Assembly (NCBI GenBank): GCA_021790195.1 | Contig: JAJYIF010000011.1 | Span: 19,069 to 83,068, forward strand | Source: Nitrospirota bacterium | GTDB taxonomy: Bacteria; Nitrospirota; Thermodesulfovibrionia; Thermodesulfovibrionales; UBA9159 | Direction of reading: 5' to 3' | Length of the DNA: 64,000 nt | Part shown: positions 17,956-27,006 of the stretch, piece by piece | Numbering within the stretch: position 1 is the stretch's first letter | Layout: each line of letters opens with the position of its first letter | Program-made: the position numbers and the translations under genes | Notes under the pieces: model-generated | Told to the model about the DNA's origin: nothing | Seen by the model: the letters and a program-made list of their open reading frames with translations, nothing else | Databases searched by the model: none

Positions 17956-18255
17956 ATGGAACGGAGATCTCATATTCGTTATGAATTGAGACGGGACATA
18001 AAGTATGTGTTGAATTTAGCGACTTCGGAAGAAGTCTTTAAGGGAATTACCGTTAATATAAGTGATGTCGGGCTCGGCATGTACACATTTGATTTTCTCC
18101 GTGTCGGTCAGGAAATAACGATCACAAGCGGTCTCGATGACACCTGCCGCGAGGGCACTATAAAGTGGTGCGAGGAGCTTGGGGAGAATGTCTACAGGGT
18201 AGGGTTGCTTTTTAATACCGGGGAGCGGTTCACTTCATCAAGTCGCCGATCCTGA
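17956..18255 (+). CDS. Single-domain PilZ protein
   Basis: RSHIR and NISDVG motifs. The 3' end runs into the aldo/keto reductase remnant. Confidence 0.8.
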   Translation: MERRSHIRYELRRDIKYVLNLATSEEVFKGITVNISDVGLGMYTFDFLRVGQEITITSGLDDTCREGTIKWCEELGENVYRVGLLFNTGERFTSSSRRS

Positions 18256-18598
18256 AAGAAGGGCTGGGAGTGATCACCTATTCCTCCCTCGCACGCGGGT
18301 TTCTTACCGGCAAATACCGTTCGAAAGGGGACCTCGCGAAAAACGGACAACGGCGTTTGTCGAGAAGTATCTGAATGAGCGAGGGGTGCGGATACTCGAT
18401 GCCCTGGATCAGGTAGCGGGGAGGTTCGACTCCACTCTTGCCGCAGGATCTCTAGCCTGGGTGATGGCGCGTCCGGGTATAATCGCGCCCATTGCAAGCG
18501 CCGCCAATTTGGACCAGTTGAACGATTTCGTCAAAGCCGCAAATCTCAAGCCGGACCCGGTTTCGATCGGGCAGCTTGAGAAAGCTAGCTCTTATTGA
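18216..18598 (+). pseudogene. Aldo/keto reductase remnant (C-terminal third only, frameshifted)
   Basis: ...ILKEGLGVITYSSLARGFLTGKYRS... stops at about 18353. A second frame continues ...EKYLNERGVRILDALDQVAGRF...IIAPIASAANLDQLNDFV. No N-terminal two-thirds of the gene is present. Confidence 0.7.
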
Positions 18599-18743
18599 CC
18601 TTCCGCAAATCTTGCGCCTGGAATTGTCCGGGAAATTTCTTTCACCCACACAAAACGGCCGACAGACCCGTTTCGCACGTTAAGATTACTTAATCCTCGC
18701 TTAATCGGGTTTTAATGTTTAGAAACTATAATACGGTAACGTC

Positions 18744-19058
18744 ATGAAAGAGATTCGGAAGATACTTCAGGACGCAAAACGAACAGGGATCATGCCCCTG
18801 TCGGCCTTCTGCATAGCACTTGCATCTTACGCGCTACTTACCACCCCGGTTTACAATCACCTTGATTCAGGAATCCATTCGGAACATCCGGCCTGCAAGT
18901 TTGCAGAGGCGCTCTCCTATGGAGACAAAGTGGATGCGTATGCGATGGCTGTCCCTGATTTCCAGTATATCGCCCTGGATTCGGACGGCATCATCCGGAT
19001 TCCTCTGATAGTTATTCCTGCGGACGGTTCCCGCGGACCTCCACTACTTGCAGCTTAG
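18744..19058 (+). CDS. Hypothetical membrane-anchored protein upstream of the multihaem cytochrome
   Basis: 104 aa with one predicted TM segment (MPLSAFCIALASYALL). No recognisable family and no clear SD. Confidence 0.45.
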   Translation: MKEIRKILQDAKRTGIMPLSAFCIALASYALLTTPVYNHLDSGIHSEHPACKFAEALSYGDKVDAYAMAVPDFQYIALDSDGIIRIPLIVIPADGSRGPPLLAA

Positions 19059-19166
19059 AGGAGAGTTTCGGTGATTACGTCTTATAACGAGGCGTTTCGA
19101 CCGGGGGACCGCCCTGCCGCAAAAAGGCGGTTCCCCGAGAAAATAACAACAGAGAAGAGAGGAAAC

Positions 19167-21026
19167 ATGAAGAAGACATATTTCTATCTGACTTTAGTGG
19201 TTGTTCTGAGTCTGACGATCATCGGCACTGCGTATTCGGAGACGAGAAAATACAGATATTCTGACGGCACGTATAGAGACACTACACCTCCCACAGTGAC
19301 TTCTTTCAGTATACCGTCGACTTCGACATCGCTCACCGTTCCGATAACTTCATTTATCGCCACCGACAATGTAGGAGTGACAGGCTACCTGCTGACTCTG
19401 TCGTCGACAAAGCCCTCGGCGGGTGCGTCGGGATGGAGATCGACACCGCCTACAAGCTATACCTTCGGCTCGGCAGGCACCAAGACGCTGTATGCCTGGG
19501 CAAAGGATGCGGCTGGTAACGTGTCCACGAGCAAGAGTGCGTCCGTTACCATCACCTTGTCCACTTCGGGCGGAGGCACAGGCGGCACCGGAGGCGGGAC
19601 TACCGGTGGAACCGCCGCCATCTCCGGCATTGCAAGGGACATCTTAACAGGCGCGGCCATCTCCGGGGCGGTCGTCAGTGACGGCACGCACAGCGCCGCC
19701 ACTAGCAGCACGGGCGCATATTCCCTGAGCGAAGCAGCGGGCAGCTATACGCTCTCCATCACGAAGTCCGGCTATCTGACCACCTCCCAGGTGGCTGCCG
19801 TTGTTTCAGGCGCTACAACTACATTGAACTGGGCGCTGATAAAGGGCTACGGTGCGCAGGCCATTCCTGCCGCAAATATGAGCTACGTAATACTCGCCTG
19901 GAACGACCTGGGAATGCATTGCGACCAGAACGACTACTCGTATTTCGCCGTCTTGCCGCCGTATAACACCCTGCATGTCCAGGTGTTCAGGCGCGGCGGA
20001 GAAGGCGCAAGCCTTATAACCAGCGGCATAACCGTCAGCTATTATTTCCCTAAGAAGACGAACTCCGCATTGAACACCAACTTCTGGCAGTATGCGCCGC
20101 AGTTCGGCTGGAACGTTCCAACCAACGTAGGAATCTCCGGAACGCCCCTTGCGGGAAATATGGCGATCGATTCAAAAGGCCTGAGCTGGCAGGCAGTGGG
20201 TATCCCCATTACTCCGTATGATGATGACGGAACGTGGGACCCCTATGGCACGGCCGTTATCACGGTGAAAGACAGCTCCGGCAATGTCCTTCAGACGGCC
20301 AACGTCGTGGCGCCGGTCTCGACAGAGATGATGTGCAGCAACTGCCACGGCACAACCAATCCTCAGCTCGACATTCTGGAGAAACACGATGCGCTCAGCG
20401 GGACATCGCTGACCGCCGACCAGTCGAGGGGTGTTGTCCATCTCTGCGCAGAGTGCCATTCCGACAACGCGCTTGGGGCCGCAGGCAAACCGGGAGTGGA
20501 AAGTCTTTCCCTGGCGATGCACAATTTCCATAAGGACAAGATGAACACTACCGCAGCGGCAAGCGCCACCAGTCCGAGCTGCTACAACTGTCATCCGGGA
20601 CCCAAGACCCAGTGTCTGAGAGGCATCATGTACCGGGCTGGCAAAACATGCACAGACTGCCATGGAGACATGAACGGAATGACGGCCTCGATGATGAGCG
20701 GGCGTCAGCCCTGGCTGCAGGAGCCGCAGTGCGGCAGCTGCCACGGCGCAAGCCATGCCGAAAACACCAATACGTTGTATCGCAACTCCGTCTTGATGAA
20801 TGCAGTGGATGGCGATATGAACGGCAAGATCTACTGCGAGGCGTGCCACAACGGCACTCACGCCGAGTTGACTACCGCAAACGCGGCAGACCCGACTATA
20901 CCTCAGAAGTTCCAGGGTGACAACTACTGGATCTGGAGCTGCACGGTATGTCACAGCAGTCAGTCGCAGCAGGCCATGCATCGCGGCAGTACCAGTACGA
21001 GCGGATCTACTACTACTTCAGACTGA
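19167..21026 (+). CDS. Secreted multidomain seven-haem c-type cytochrome
   Basis: I chose the start at MKKTYFYLTLVVVLSLTIIGTAYS (a signal peptide). Domains in order: Ig-like domain, Gly/Thr linker, carboxypeptidase-regulatory-like domain, then seven CxxCH motifs (CSNCH, CAECH, CYNCH, CTDCH, CGSCH, CEACH, CTVCH). Confidence 0.8.
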   Translation: MKKTYFYLTLVVVLSLTIIGTAYSETRKYRYSDGTYRDTTPPTVTSFSIPSTSTSLTVPITSFIATDNVGVTGYLLTLSSTKPSAGASGWRSTPPTSYTFGSAGTKTLYAWAKDAAGNVSTSKSASVTITLSTSGGGTGGTGGGTTGGTAAISGIARDILTGAAISGAVVSDGTHSAATSSTGAYSLSEAAGSYTLSITKSGYLTTSQVAAVVSGATTTLNWALIKGYGAQAIPAANMSYVILAWNDLGMHCDQNDYSYFAVLPPYNTLHVQVFRRGGEGASLITSGITVSYYFPKKTNSALNTNFWQYAPQFGWNVPTNVGISGTPLAGNMAIDSKGLSWQAVGIPITPYDDDGTWDPYGTAVITVKDSSGNVLQTANVVAPVSTEMMCSNCHGTTNPQLDILEKHDALSGTSLTADQSRGVVHLCAECHSDNALGAAGKPGVESLSLAMHNFHKDKMNTTAAASATSPSCYNCHPGPKTQCLRGIMYRAGKTCTDCHGDMNGMTASMMSGRQPWLQEPQCGSCHGASHAENTNTLYRNSVLMNAVDGDMNGKIYCEACHNGTHAELTTANAADPTIPQKFQGDNYWIWSCTVCHSSQSQQAMHRGSTSTSGSTTTSD

Positions 21027-21042
21027 TCGGATAGACGCTCTT

Positions 21043-21072
21043 TTGGCGGGAGGGCTTTGCCCCTCCCGCCAA
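21043..21072 (+). terminator. GC-rich hairpin after the cytochrome gene
   Basis: A 12-bp stem TTGGCGGGAGGG/CCCTCCCGCCAA with a 6-nt loop. No U-tract follows, so the terminator function is inferred. Confidence 0.5.
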
Positions 21073-21119
21073 ATCTCTCAAAGTTATAACGTATTTGATC
21101 GAAATAGGAGAATAATATT

Positions 21120-21518
21120 ATGAGAAAAGGACCTGCATACTTAATTGTCGCCATATTGTCTTCGGTGATCCTCGCCGGATTCGGCTGCAGCTCGGAGAGC
21201 GCGACTCCCCGGGCGCTCCTGGAGAAATATTTTTCCTCGGCAGTGAACCAGGATTATGCCACGACTTACTCATGTTATTATGGGGCCTACAAGGCAAAGG
21301 TGGATAAGGACGAGTACATCAAACACAGGAAAGAGGCGTCGGTCCTTCAGTCGTACCAGATTGTTTCTTTGAACCAGGAGAATGCCGACAACGCACAGGC
21401 AGAAGTGCGTCTCACCTTTGCCCCCTTTGCGAAGTTAAAGAGGACCGAGCCCGTTACCACGACAGTTAAGGAAGACCTTGTCAGGGAAGACGGCGACTGG
21501 AAAATCAAGGTGTGGTAG
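21120..21518 (+). CDS. Small lipoprotein (NTF2/DUF4878-like look)
   Basis: Lipobox ...VILAGFGCSSE. 132 aa. Confidence 0.7.
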   Translation: MRKGPAYLIVAILSSVILAGFGCSSESATPRALLEKYFSSAVNQDYATTYSCYYGAYKAKVDKDEYIKHRKEASVLQSYQIVSLNQENADNAQAEVRLTFAPFAKLKRTEPVTTTVKEDLVREDGDWKIKVW

Positions 21519-21861
21519 AGACGTAGCTACGCATAAACTCCTTTCTAACGATATATAAGTAAGCCTTTCAGGCCCGTGCATTCTGGGAAAGGCGCAGACC
21601 CCGGCGCAGGCCGGGGTGACCTCAGAAGGCACAGTAGAGCTCATATTTTGTCCCGAAGATGCCCCTTCTCTCCTAGGGCCGAGGCTCCCGCCCCTTTGGA
21701 AAACCCGGTTCTCCTGGTTCCGCTTCATCCCCAACGACTCCCTCACCGAATAAAATCAACAAGCCATTTTTGCTATAATGATGCAAATTCTTGAAGTAAG
21801 CAGGATGCTATAAGTGTCGACAAATGTATTCGTCACGCTTTGGAGTTTAAGGGCGCCGCTC

Positions 21862-23109
21862 ATGGAAAGCGTAGATCTGAGTGCCTCTTCTGTCGGAGAC
21901 GCGAGGACAGGACTTTCCGTACTGCTTACCCTTATGGCCGCCGTCCCTGCCATAGCTCTTATCGTTTTAGTCTTCTTCATCTACAGGCGCATCGCAGGCA
22001 GGAGACGCCGGACCACCCTCGAAGAGGATTATAGGAAAGAGGCCGGGGAGCACGAAAGGGCGGGGAGATTTGTGTCCGCAGCCGGTATTTACAGGCACCA
22101 CTTGAAGGACGATAGGAGGGCGGCAGAGCTCTATGAGGAGGGCGGCGATTACCGGCAGGCTGCATTAATGTATGATTTGCTGGGGGAGCAGGCAAGGGCC
22201 GGGGAAATGTATAAGAAGGCAGGAGACAGTGAAAGCGCTGCCACAGTTTCCGTACTCGCGGGGGATTACGAAGAGGCCGCGAGGATCTATTATGACAGCG
22301 GCAGAAAGATCGACGCTGCGGCGATGCTCGAAAAGGCCGGCAGACGGATGGCCGCGATACCTGTTTACCGGGAGGCTGGAGAATACAGGAAAGCGGCAGA
22401 GCTCATGGAGGAGGAGGGCATGCTCAGGGAGGCTGCCGAGATGTTCGGCATATCGCTCCGTGAGAAGAAGGTAAGCGACTGCATCGATGATTTTTACGCA
22501 TATGCGCTTAAACTCGAAAGGGCGGGCGACAAACGGATGTCGCTTGAGGTATTCAGGGCGATAGAGCATGAGGACCGGAATTATCGGGATGTGAGGGAAA
22601 GACTTGAAACGCTCGCCCCGGAGCCTCATGAGGAGGACCCTGGATCAAGGACCACGTTGAGGAGCTTTATCCGAAGCGGCAAAATCGAGCCCAAGTATGC
22701 TCTCAAACTCTGGGTCCATATTCTCAGGGCACTCCAGGAGGCATATGCGAACGGAAGGCCCTTTGGCGGCCTGAATCCCGATTCAATAGCTATAGACGTC
22801 AATAACAACGTCTCCTTCCTTATGAAGCCGGCCGACTCTGTATATGCGTCCCCTGAAATCGTAAGAGGCGCCGAACCGGATGCCTGCTCAGATGTCTATT
22901 CAGCGGGAATAATCCTTTATGAGATGCTTGCCGGAAGCCTCGAAGGTCTCGGGCTTGAAAGGATAAGTAAGACAGTGGAAGACGTCCCCGAGTGGCTCGA
23001 TGAGATCGTGGTCAACTGCCTTCGAAAGGTGAGGGAAGACAGGTACCAGAACATAGAGATGATCTTCAGCGATATAAAGACACTTTCGGCTAAGAAGAAA
23101 GGCGAATAG
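21862..23109 (+). CDS. Membrane-anchored repeat protein with a C-terminal kinase C-lobe only (pseudokinase-like)
   Basis: TM segment LLTLMAAVPAIALIVLVFFIY. About 20-aa repeats (AAELYEEGGDYRQAA, ...AGDYEEAARIY, ...AGEYRKAAELM). The C-terminus has SPE and DVYSAGIILYEMLAG motifs, but there is no Gly-rich loop, VAIK Lys or HRD. The ORF-track start is 21814. Confidence 0.65.
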   Translation: MESVDLSASSVGDARTGLSVLLTLMAAVPAIALIVLVFFIYRRIAGRRRRTTLEEDYRKEAGEHERAGRFVSAAGIYRHHLKDDRRAAELYEEGGDYRQAALMYDLLGEQARAGEMYKKAGDSESAATVSVLAGDYEEAARIYYDSGRKIDAAAMLEKAGRRMAAIPVYREAGEYRKAAELMEEEGMLREAAEMFGISLREKKVSDCIDDFYAYALKLERAGDKRMSLEVFRAIEHEDRNYRDVRERLETLAPEPHEEDPGSRTTLRSFIRSGKIEPKYALKLWVHILRALQEAYANGRPFGGLNPDSIAIDVNNNVSFLMKPADSVYASPEIVRGAEPDACSDVYSAGIILYEMLAGSLEGLGLERISKTVEDVPEWLDEIVVNCLRKVREDRYQNIEMIFSDIKTLSAKKKGE

Positions 23110-23297
23110 CGCGGGGATCCGTTTCTTCTGTGCCGCTCTGTCCCTTCTAATGTCTTCTATTCTAAACTCAAGCCGTCACCAACCTCTGAGAGACAACCAG
23201 CTTGATTGCATAACCGGTTTGGGACATTTGCGCGATAACAGATGCGCCATTAGGCTTAATCGGGCCTTTGATTTTAAATCTGATATAATGGGCTTGG

Positions 23298-24194
23298 GTG
23301 GCTGTGAACAAGGAAGAATCCTCATACCGACTTTCGCGGCTCCTCGTATTTATGCAGAGGGTCCTCAGGGGATTCAAGCGCAATCAGGGCTTGCTCCTCT
23401 CCGGCGCGGTCGCCTACTATACTCTGCTTTCCATAGTGCCAACGGTGATTCTCACCCTTGTCGTTCTTTCACATTTCATTGAGAAAGAAGTTCTCTTCCG
23501 CACCGTGTCCACGTATCTCGAATTGGTCATACCGGGCTACGCCGGATATCTCACGGCTCAGGTTCAGACTTTTGTGGAGCACAGGCACGTGGTCGGCGTT
23601 ATAGGTTTCCTCGTCATGATCTTCTTCAGCTCGCTTGCCTTCACCGTCCTCGAAAACGCGATGTCGGTGATCTTCTTCCACCGTGTCAGGATCAAGCGGC
23701 GCCACTTCCTCGTTTCTGCTGTTATCCCGTATGTCTACATCCTGCTGTTAGGTCTGGGCATACTGCTAGTTTCTTTTATTGCGAGCGCCATCGAGACTAT
23801 CGGAGACCGGCAGGTCATGGTTTTCGGGTTGCACCTTAACCTCGAAGGCGCCTCGGGCGTTGCCCTGTATATACTCGGGACCCTCGGCGAAGTCTTCATG
23901 CTCACGTCACTCTATCTCGTGATGCCGGTGGGGCGCATCACGTTTCGTTATGCCTTCCTCGGCGGGATTACCGCCACAGTACTTTGGGAGGTCACCCGCC
24001 ACATACTCGTCTGGTATTACACCACCCTGTCCCTGGTCAATGTGATCTATGGCTCCTTGGCTGCCGCAGTGGTGGCGCTTCTCAGCATAGAGGCCGCCGC
24101 TGTTATTCTCCTGCTCGGGGCCCAGGTCATTGCGGAGTTCGAAAGATATTCCGGCGAACCGGGAGACTCCGGAGTCTCGGGTTTCCAGACGTAG
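23298..24194 (+). CDS. YihY/BrkB (virulence factor BrkB / RNase BN-like) family membrane protein
   Basis: ...LLLSGAVAYYTLLSIVPTVILTL... and six predicted TM segments, typical of the family. Confidence 0.85.
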   Translation: MAVNKEESSYRLSRLLVFMQRVLRGFKRNQGLLLSGAVAYYTLLSIVPTVILTLVVLSHFIEKEVLFRTVSTYLELVIPGYAGYLTAQVQTFVEHRHVVGVIGFLVMIFFSSLAFTVLENAMSVIFFHRVRIKRRHFLVSAVIPYVYILLLGLGILLVSFIASAIETIGDRQVMVFGLHLNLEGASGVALYILGTLGEVFMLTSLYLVMPVGRITFRYAFLGGITATVLWEVTRHILVWYYTTLSLVNVIYGSLAAAVVALLSIEAAAVILLLGAQVIAEFERYSGEPGDSGVSGFQT

Positions 24195-24334
24195 AGGCGG
24201 GAACTTCCGGGTCAGAATTTATCCTGCAAGAAACAGTCGCGCGACAGGAACGCCGGAAACGCAAAGTAAAACGAAGATCAGCAGTATTTACTCTAGCCAA
24301 GCGGTTCCTTTACAAACTTTGGGGCTTTGCGCGA

Positions 24335-24490
24335 TTAACGGCCGTCTTCAGGTCTATCTGTCTTCAATTTTCTGCGGCGCGCAAAATACCAGATTGCACC
24401 GATCGCGATTATCAAGATCGCGAAAGAGACCATAAGCACGTCCGGACCGACGTACATAAGAAAGTAGATGATATCGCCGGGATATTTCAT
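24335..24490 (-). CDS. Possible 51-aa single-TM protein
   Basis: Hand translation: MKYPGDIIYFLMYVGPDVLMVSFAILIIAIGAIWYFARRRKLKTDRPEDGR. A TM segment is followed by a basic patch. No SD. Below the ORF-track length cutoff. Confidence 0.3.
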   Translation of the reverse strand: MKYPGDIIYFLMYVGPDVLMVSFAILIIAIGAIWYFARRRKLKTDRPEDGR

Positions 24491-24545
24491 GAGAAGACCG
24501 CTTGAATAATACTATACACCATTTTTTGAACGGCTTTAAGTGAAA

Positions 24546-24578
24546 CAAAAAAGGCGGTCAGCATTAAGCTGACCGCCT
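24546..24578 (-). terminator. Rho-independent terminator of the glutamate synthase operon
   Basis: An 11-bp perfect stem (24552-24562 pairs with 24568-24578) and a 5-nt loop, followed on the minus strand by TTTTTT (24546-24551). Confidence 0.75.
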
Positions 24579-24600
24579 CTCCATACGCAATATTATTCTC

Positions 24601-27006
24601 TTAAACGTTCTCTACCATCTCCCACACGCCGCAGGGGCAGACGCCAGCGCAGAAGCCGCAGCCGATGCAGAGGTCCTCATCCACGACATACTCATAAGAG
24701 CCGTCCTTATGCTCCACCCTGCTGATAGCGCCCCAGTAACAGGTCGCCTCGCACATATGGCAGTCGCGGCAGGTGGCGCAGGACATGCACCTGTCCGCCT
24801 CTTTTTCTGGAGAGGCGAATTCTCCCCGGCAGACATCGTAATACTCCGTCTTTATGCGGTCATAAGATATGACCTGTTTGACCTCGGGCCAGCGAGGGGC
24901 ATGCATCAGCTGATAGTGAATGGTCTCGGCAGCGATCCTCCCCTGACCTATCGCGTGCGTTACGAGACCGAGCTGCGTAGCGTCGCCGATCGCAAACACC
25001 TTTACGTCCGAGGTCTGCCCTATCTGGTTTACCGCGATCCATCCCTTTTCCGTATGAATGCCCGGAGGCAGAAAGTCCACTATCGGGACGTCGCCTACCG
25101 AGACGACCACCAGGTCCGAATCGAGTGACGAACCGTCCTTGAAATATATCTTCTTCTCATTGTTGTCGTAACGCTCGGTGAATTTCGGCCAGAGGACTTG
25201 GGTCCCCTTGGACATTGCGACTTCCATCTCCTTGCCGAAGGCGGCGGGCTTTTGGATATCGACAGCTATGACGGATCCAGCGCCGTTGCTGTAAGCTTCG
25301 GACGCGACATCCATTCCGACATTCCCGGCGCCGATGATTACCACCTTCTTTCCATGGAGGGCCGGTTTGTTGCCGCTGTTTATCCTCTTGAGGAAATCAT
25401 ATGCCGAAATGCTGTGCTCCGAGCCCGGGAACGAGATGCCCCTCGGCTTATGCGCACCGCACGCCACAACGACTATCTCGTGGCTGCCGTGTATCTCTTC
25501 AAATTTCTTACGGTCAATTCTCGAATTGAGATGGACCTTTACACCAATCTCGCCGAACCTCGAAAGCTCTTTTTGTAGTATCTCGTGCGGCAGGCGTTCC
25601 CTCGGAATGCAGAGTTCGACTTTTCCGCCCAACTTGCGTTCTGCTTCATAAAGGTCCACGGTATGACCCTTCAAGGCAAGCTGCCACGCCGCGCTGAGTC
25701 CCGCCGGACCGCCTCCGACCACTGCAACTGTGTGGCCGGTTGGGCTTTCCTTTTTCGGGGCTGCCAGCTCCAACGCGAGACTTCCAAGTTTGTCGATGCC
25801 GAGGGGTCTGTCAAGCCGCCCCCTTGTGCAGGCGTTCATACACAGGTTGGGGCATATCTGGCCGCAGACGGTCGCCGGGAGAGGACTATATTGCAGTACG
25901 AGTTCCAAGGCGTCATGAATCTTCCCCTGTCTGATCAAAGTCGCTCTCTTGTGAGACGGGATATGTGTCGGGCATGCAAACGCGCACGGCGGATTATACT
26001 TCTCATTCGCCCATACCGGCTTGTTCCTTCTGTCCTTGCCCGTGGTTATATAAGGAAGCAGGGTGAGATCATGACCGAGGTACTCCGCAAAGATTCCGCC
26101 CTGTCCGACTCCCTTCTCCCACATGTTCTTCCTGAAATCGGAAGCAGACATCTTGAACCATTTCCTCGAGCGCTTTTCCTGTGGGGTATACGCCATCAGT
26201 TTCTTCCATTCGCCTGATGAGCGTGTCAATTCCTTGTAATAGGAGGACCTGTCGATGGCTTCAAGGAACGGTCCCATATTCGTCTTGAGCCATTCCCAAT
26301 CCTGCGGTGTGAGTTCAACAAGTCTCACGTCTTTCTCGCTATATCCCTGGATCGGTCCGCGGAAATAAATGGTCCCTCCGACCATTCCCACACACGGCCG
26401 GTAGCCCAGGACATTATCGGGGTTCCTTGGGTCAACGCCGCAGACCACGGCAATACCGCCAGCCTTGAACTCGGCAAAGGAATCACCAACGTTCCTGAAA
26501 TACCAGGACTGAGGGGGTTCAAACCGAGGGTTGTGCTTTGTCATGGTGTCACATCTGGCGCCCCCGCTCCCCTGGACATAGAGGATACCCTGAGCCGCCG
26601 CGTTGAAGGCGCCGTTTGTAACGTCGCCCAGGACCGTGATCTTAGCCCCGCAGTTGAGCCAGCCAATGTCATCGGACGCGCTGCCCTTCACAATTATCTC
26701 GGTCCCGGGCATGCCCATACTTCCAAGCCGCTGACCGACAGGGCCTTCCACCGTCAACTTTACGGTCTCGCTCCTCGGCCAGATGCGTCCTCCGATGCCG
26801 TGCTGTCCCTGGGCGACTACATGAAGTTCCCTCGCGCCCTCCTGAACGGCACGCTGGATCTGCTCTTCGAGTATCCTCGAAGGGACACGTGAGCCTTTTA
26901 CACTGCCATGAATGGTGACCCCCTCTTTCTTCCCCCCCTTACCAAGGGGGGGATTAGGGGGGGTGACTTTTGACCTTTTACTTTTTACCGTCTTCTTAGC
27001 AGACAT
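24601..27006 (-). CDS. Glutamate synthase GXGXG (GltB C-terminal) domain fused to a GltD-like NAD(P)H-dependent flavin oxidoreductase and a C-terminal 2x[4Fe-4S] ferredoxin domain
   Basis: N-terminal beta-helix repeats (GQHGIGG, GPVGQRLG, GSASDDIGW, GDVTNGAF, GSGGARC). A central segment ...TVAVVGGGPAGLSAAW...VVIIGAGNVGMD.... C-terminal CMSCATCRDC...CIGCGFCAGVCP. Confidence 0.85.
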   Translation of the reverse strand: MSAKKTVKSKRSKVTPPNPPLGKGGKKEGVTIHGSVKGSRVPSRILEEQIQRAVQEGARELHVVAQGQHGIGGRIWPRSETVKLTVEGPVGQRLGSMGMPGTEIIVKGSASDDIGWLNCGAKITVLGDVTNGAFNAAAQGILYVQGSGGARCDTMTKHNPRFEPPQSWYFRNVGDSFAEFKAGGIAVVCGVDPRNPDNVLGYRPCVGMVGGTIYFRGPIQGYSEKDVRLVELTPQDWEWLKTNMGPFLEAIDRSSYYKELTRSSGEWKKLMAYTPQEKRSRKWFKMSASDFRKNMWEKGVGQGGIFAEYLGHDLTLLPYITTGKDRRNKPVWANEKYNPPCAFACPTHIPSHKRATLIRQGKIHDALELVLQYSPLPATVCGQICPNLCMNACTRGRLDRPLGIDKLGSLALELAAPKKESPTGHTVAVVGGGPAGLSAAWQLALKGHTVDLYEAERKLGGKVELCIPRERLPHEILQKELSRFGEIGVKVHLNSRIDRKKFEEIHGSHEIVVVACGAHKPRGISFPGSEHSISAYDFLKRINSGNKPALHGKKVVIIGAGNVGMDVASEAYSNGAGSVIAVDIQKPAAFGKEMEVAMSKGTQVLWPKFTERYDNNEKKIYFKDGSSLDSDLVVVSVGDVPIVDFLPPGIHTEKGWIAVNQIGQTSDVKVFAIGDATQLGLVTHAIGQGRIAAETIHYQLMHAPRWPEVKQVISYDRIKTEYYDVCRGEFASPEKEADRCMSCATCRDCHMCEATCYWGAISRVEHKDGSYEYVVDEDLCIGCGFCAGVCPCGVWEMVENV

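Noticed and set aside
26925-26965. Runs of C8, G6 and G7 (tcttccccccccttaccaaggggggattagggggggtgac) at the 5' end of the 801-aa GOGAT gene, considered as a slipped-strand phase-variation tract.
   Set aside because: They translate to a plausible Lys/Pro/Gly-rich N-terminal tail in frame with the rest of the gene. I see no evidence of length variation. They are flagged only as a place where assembly errors could occur.
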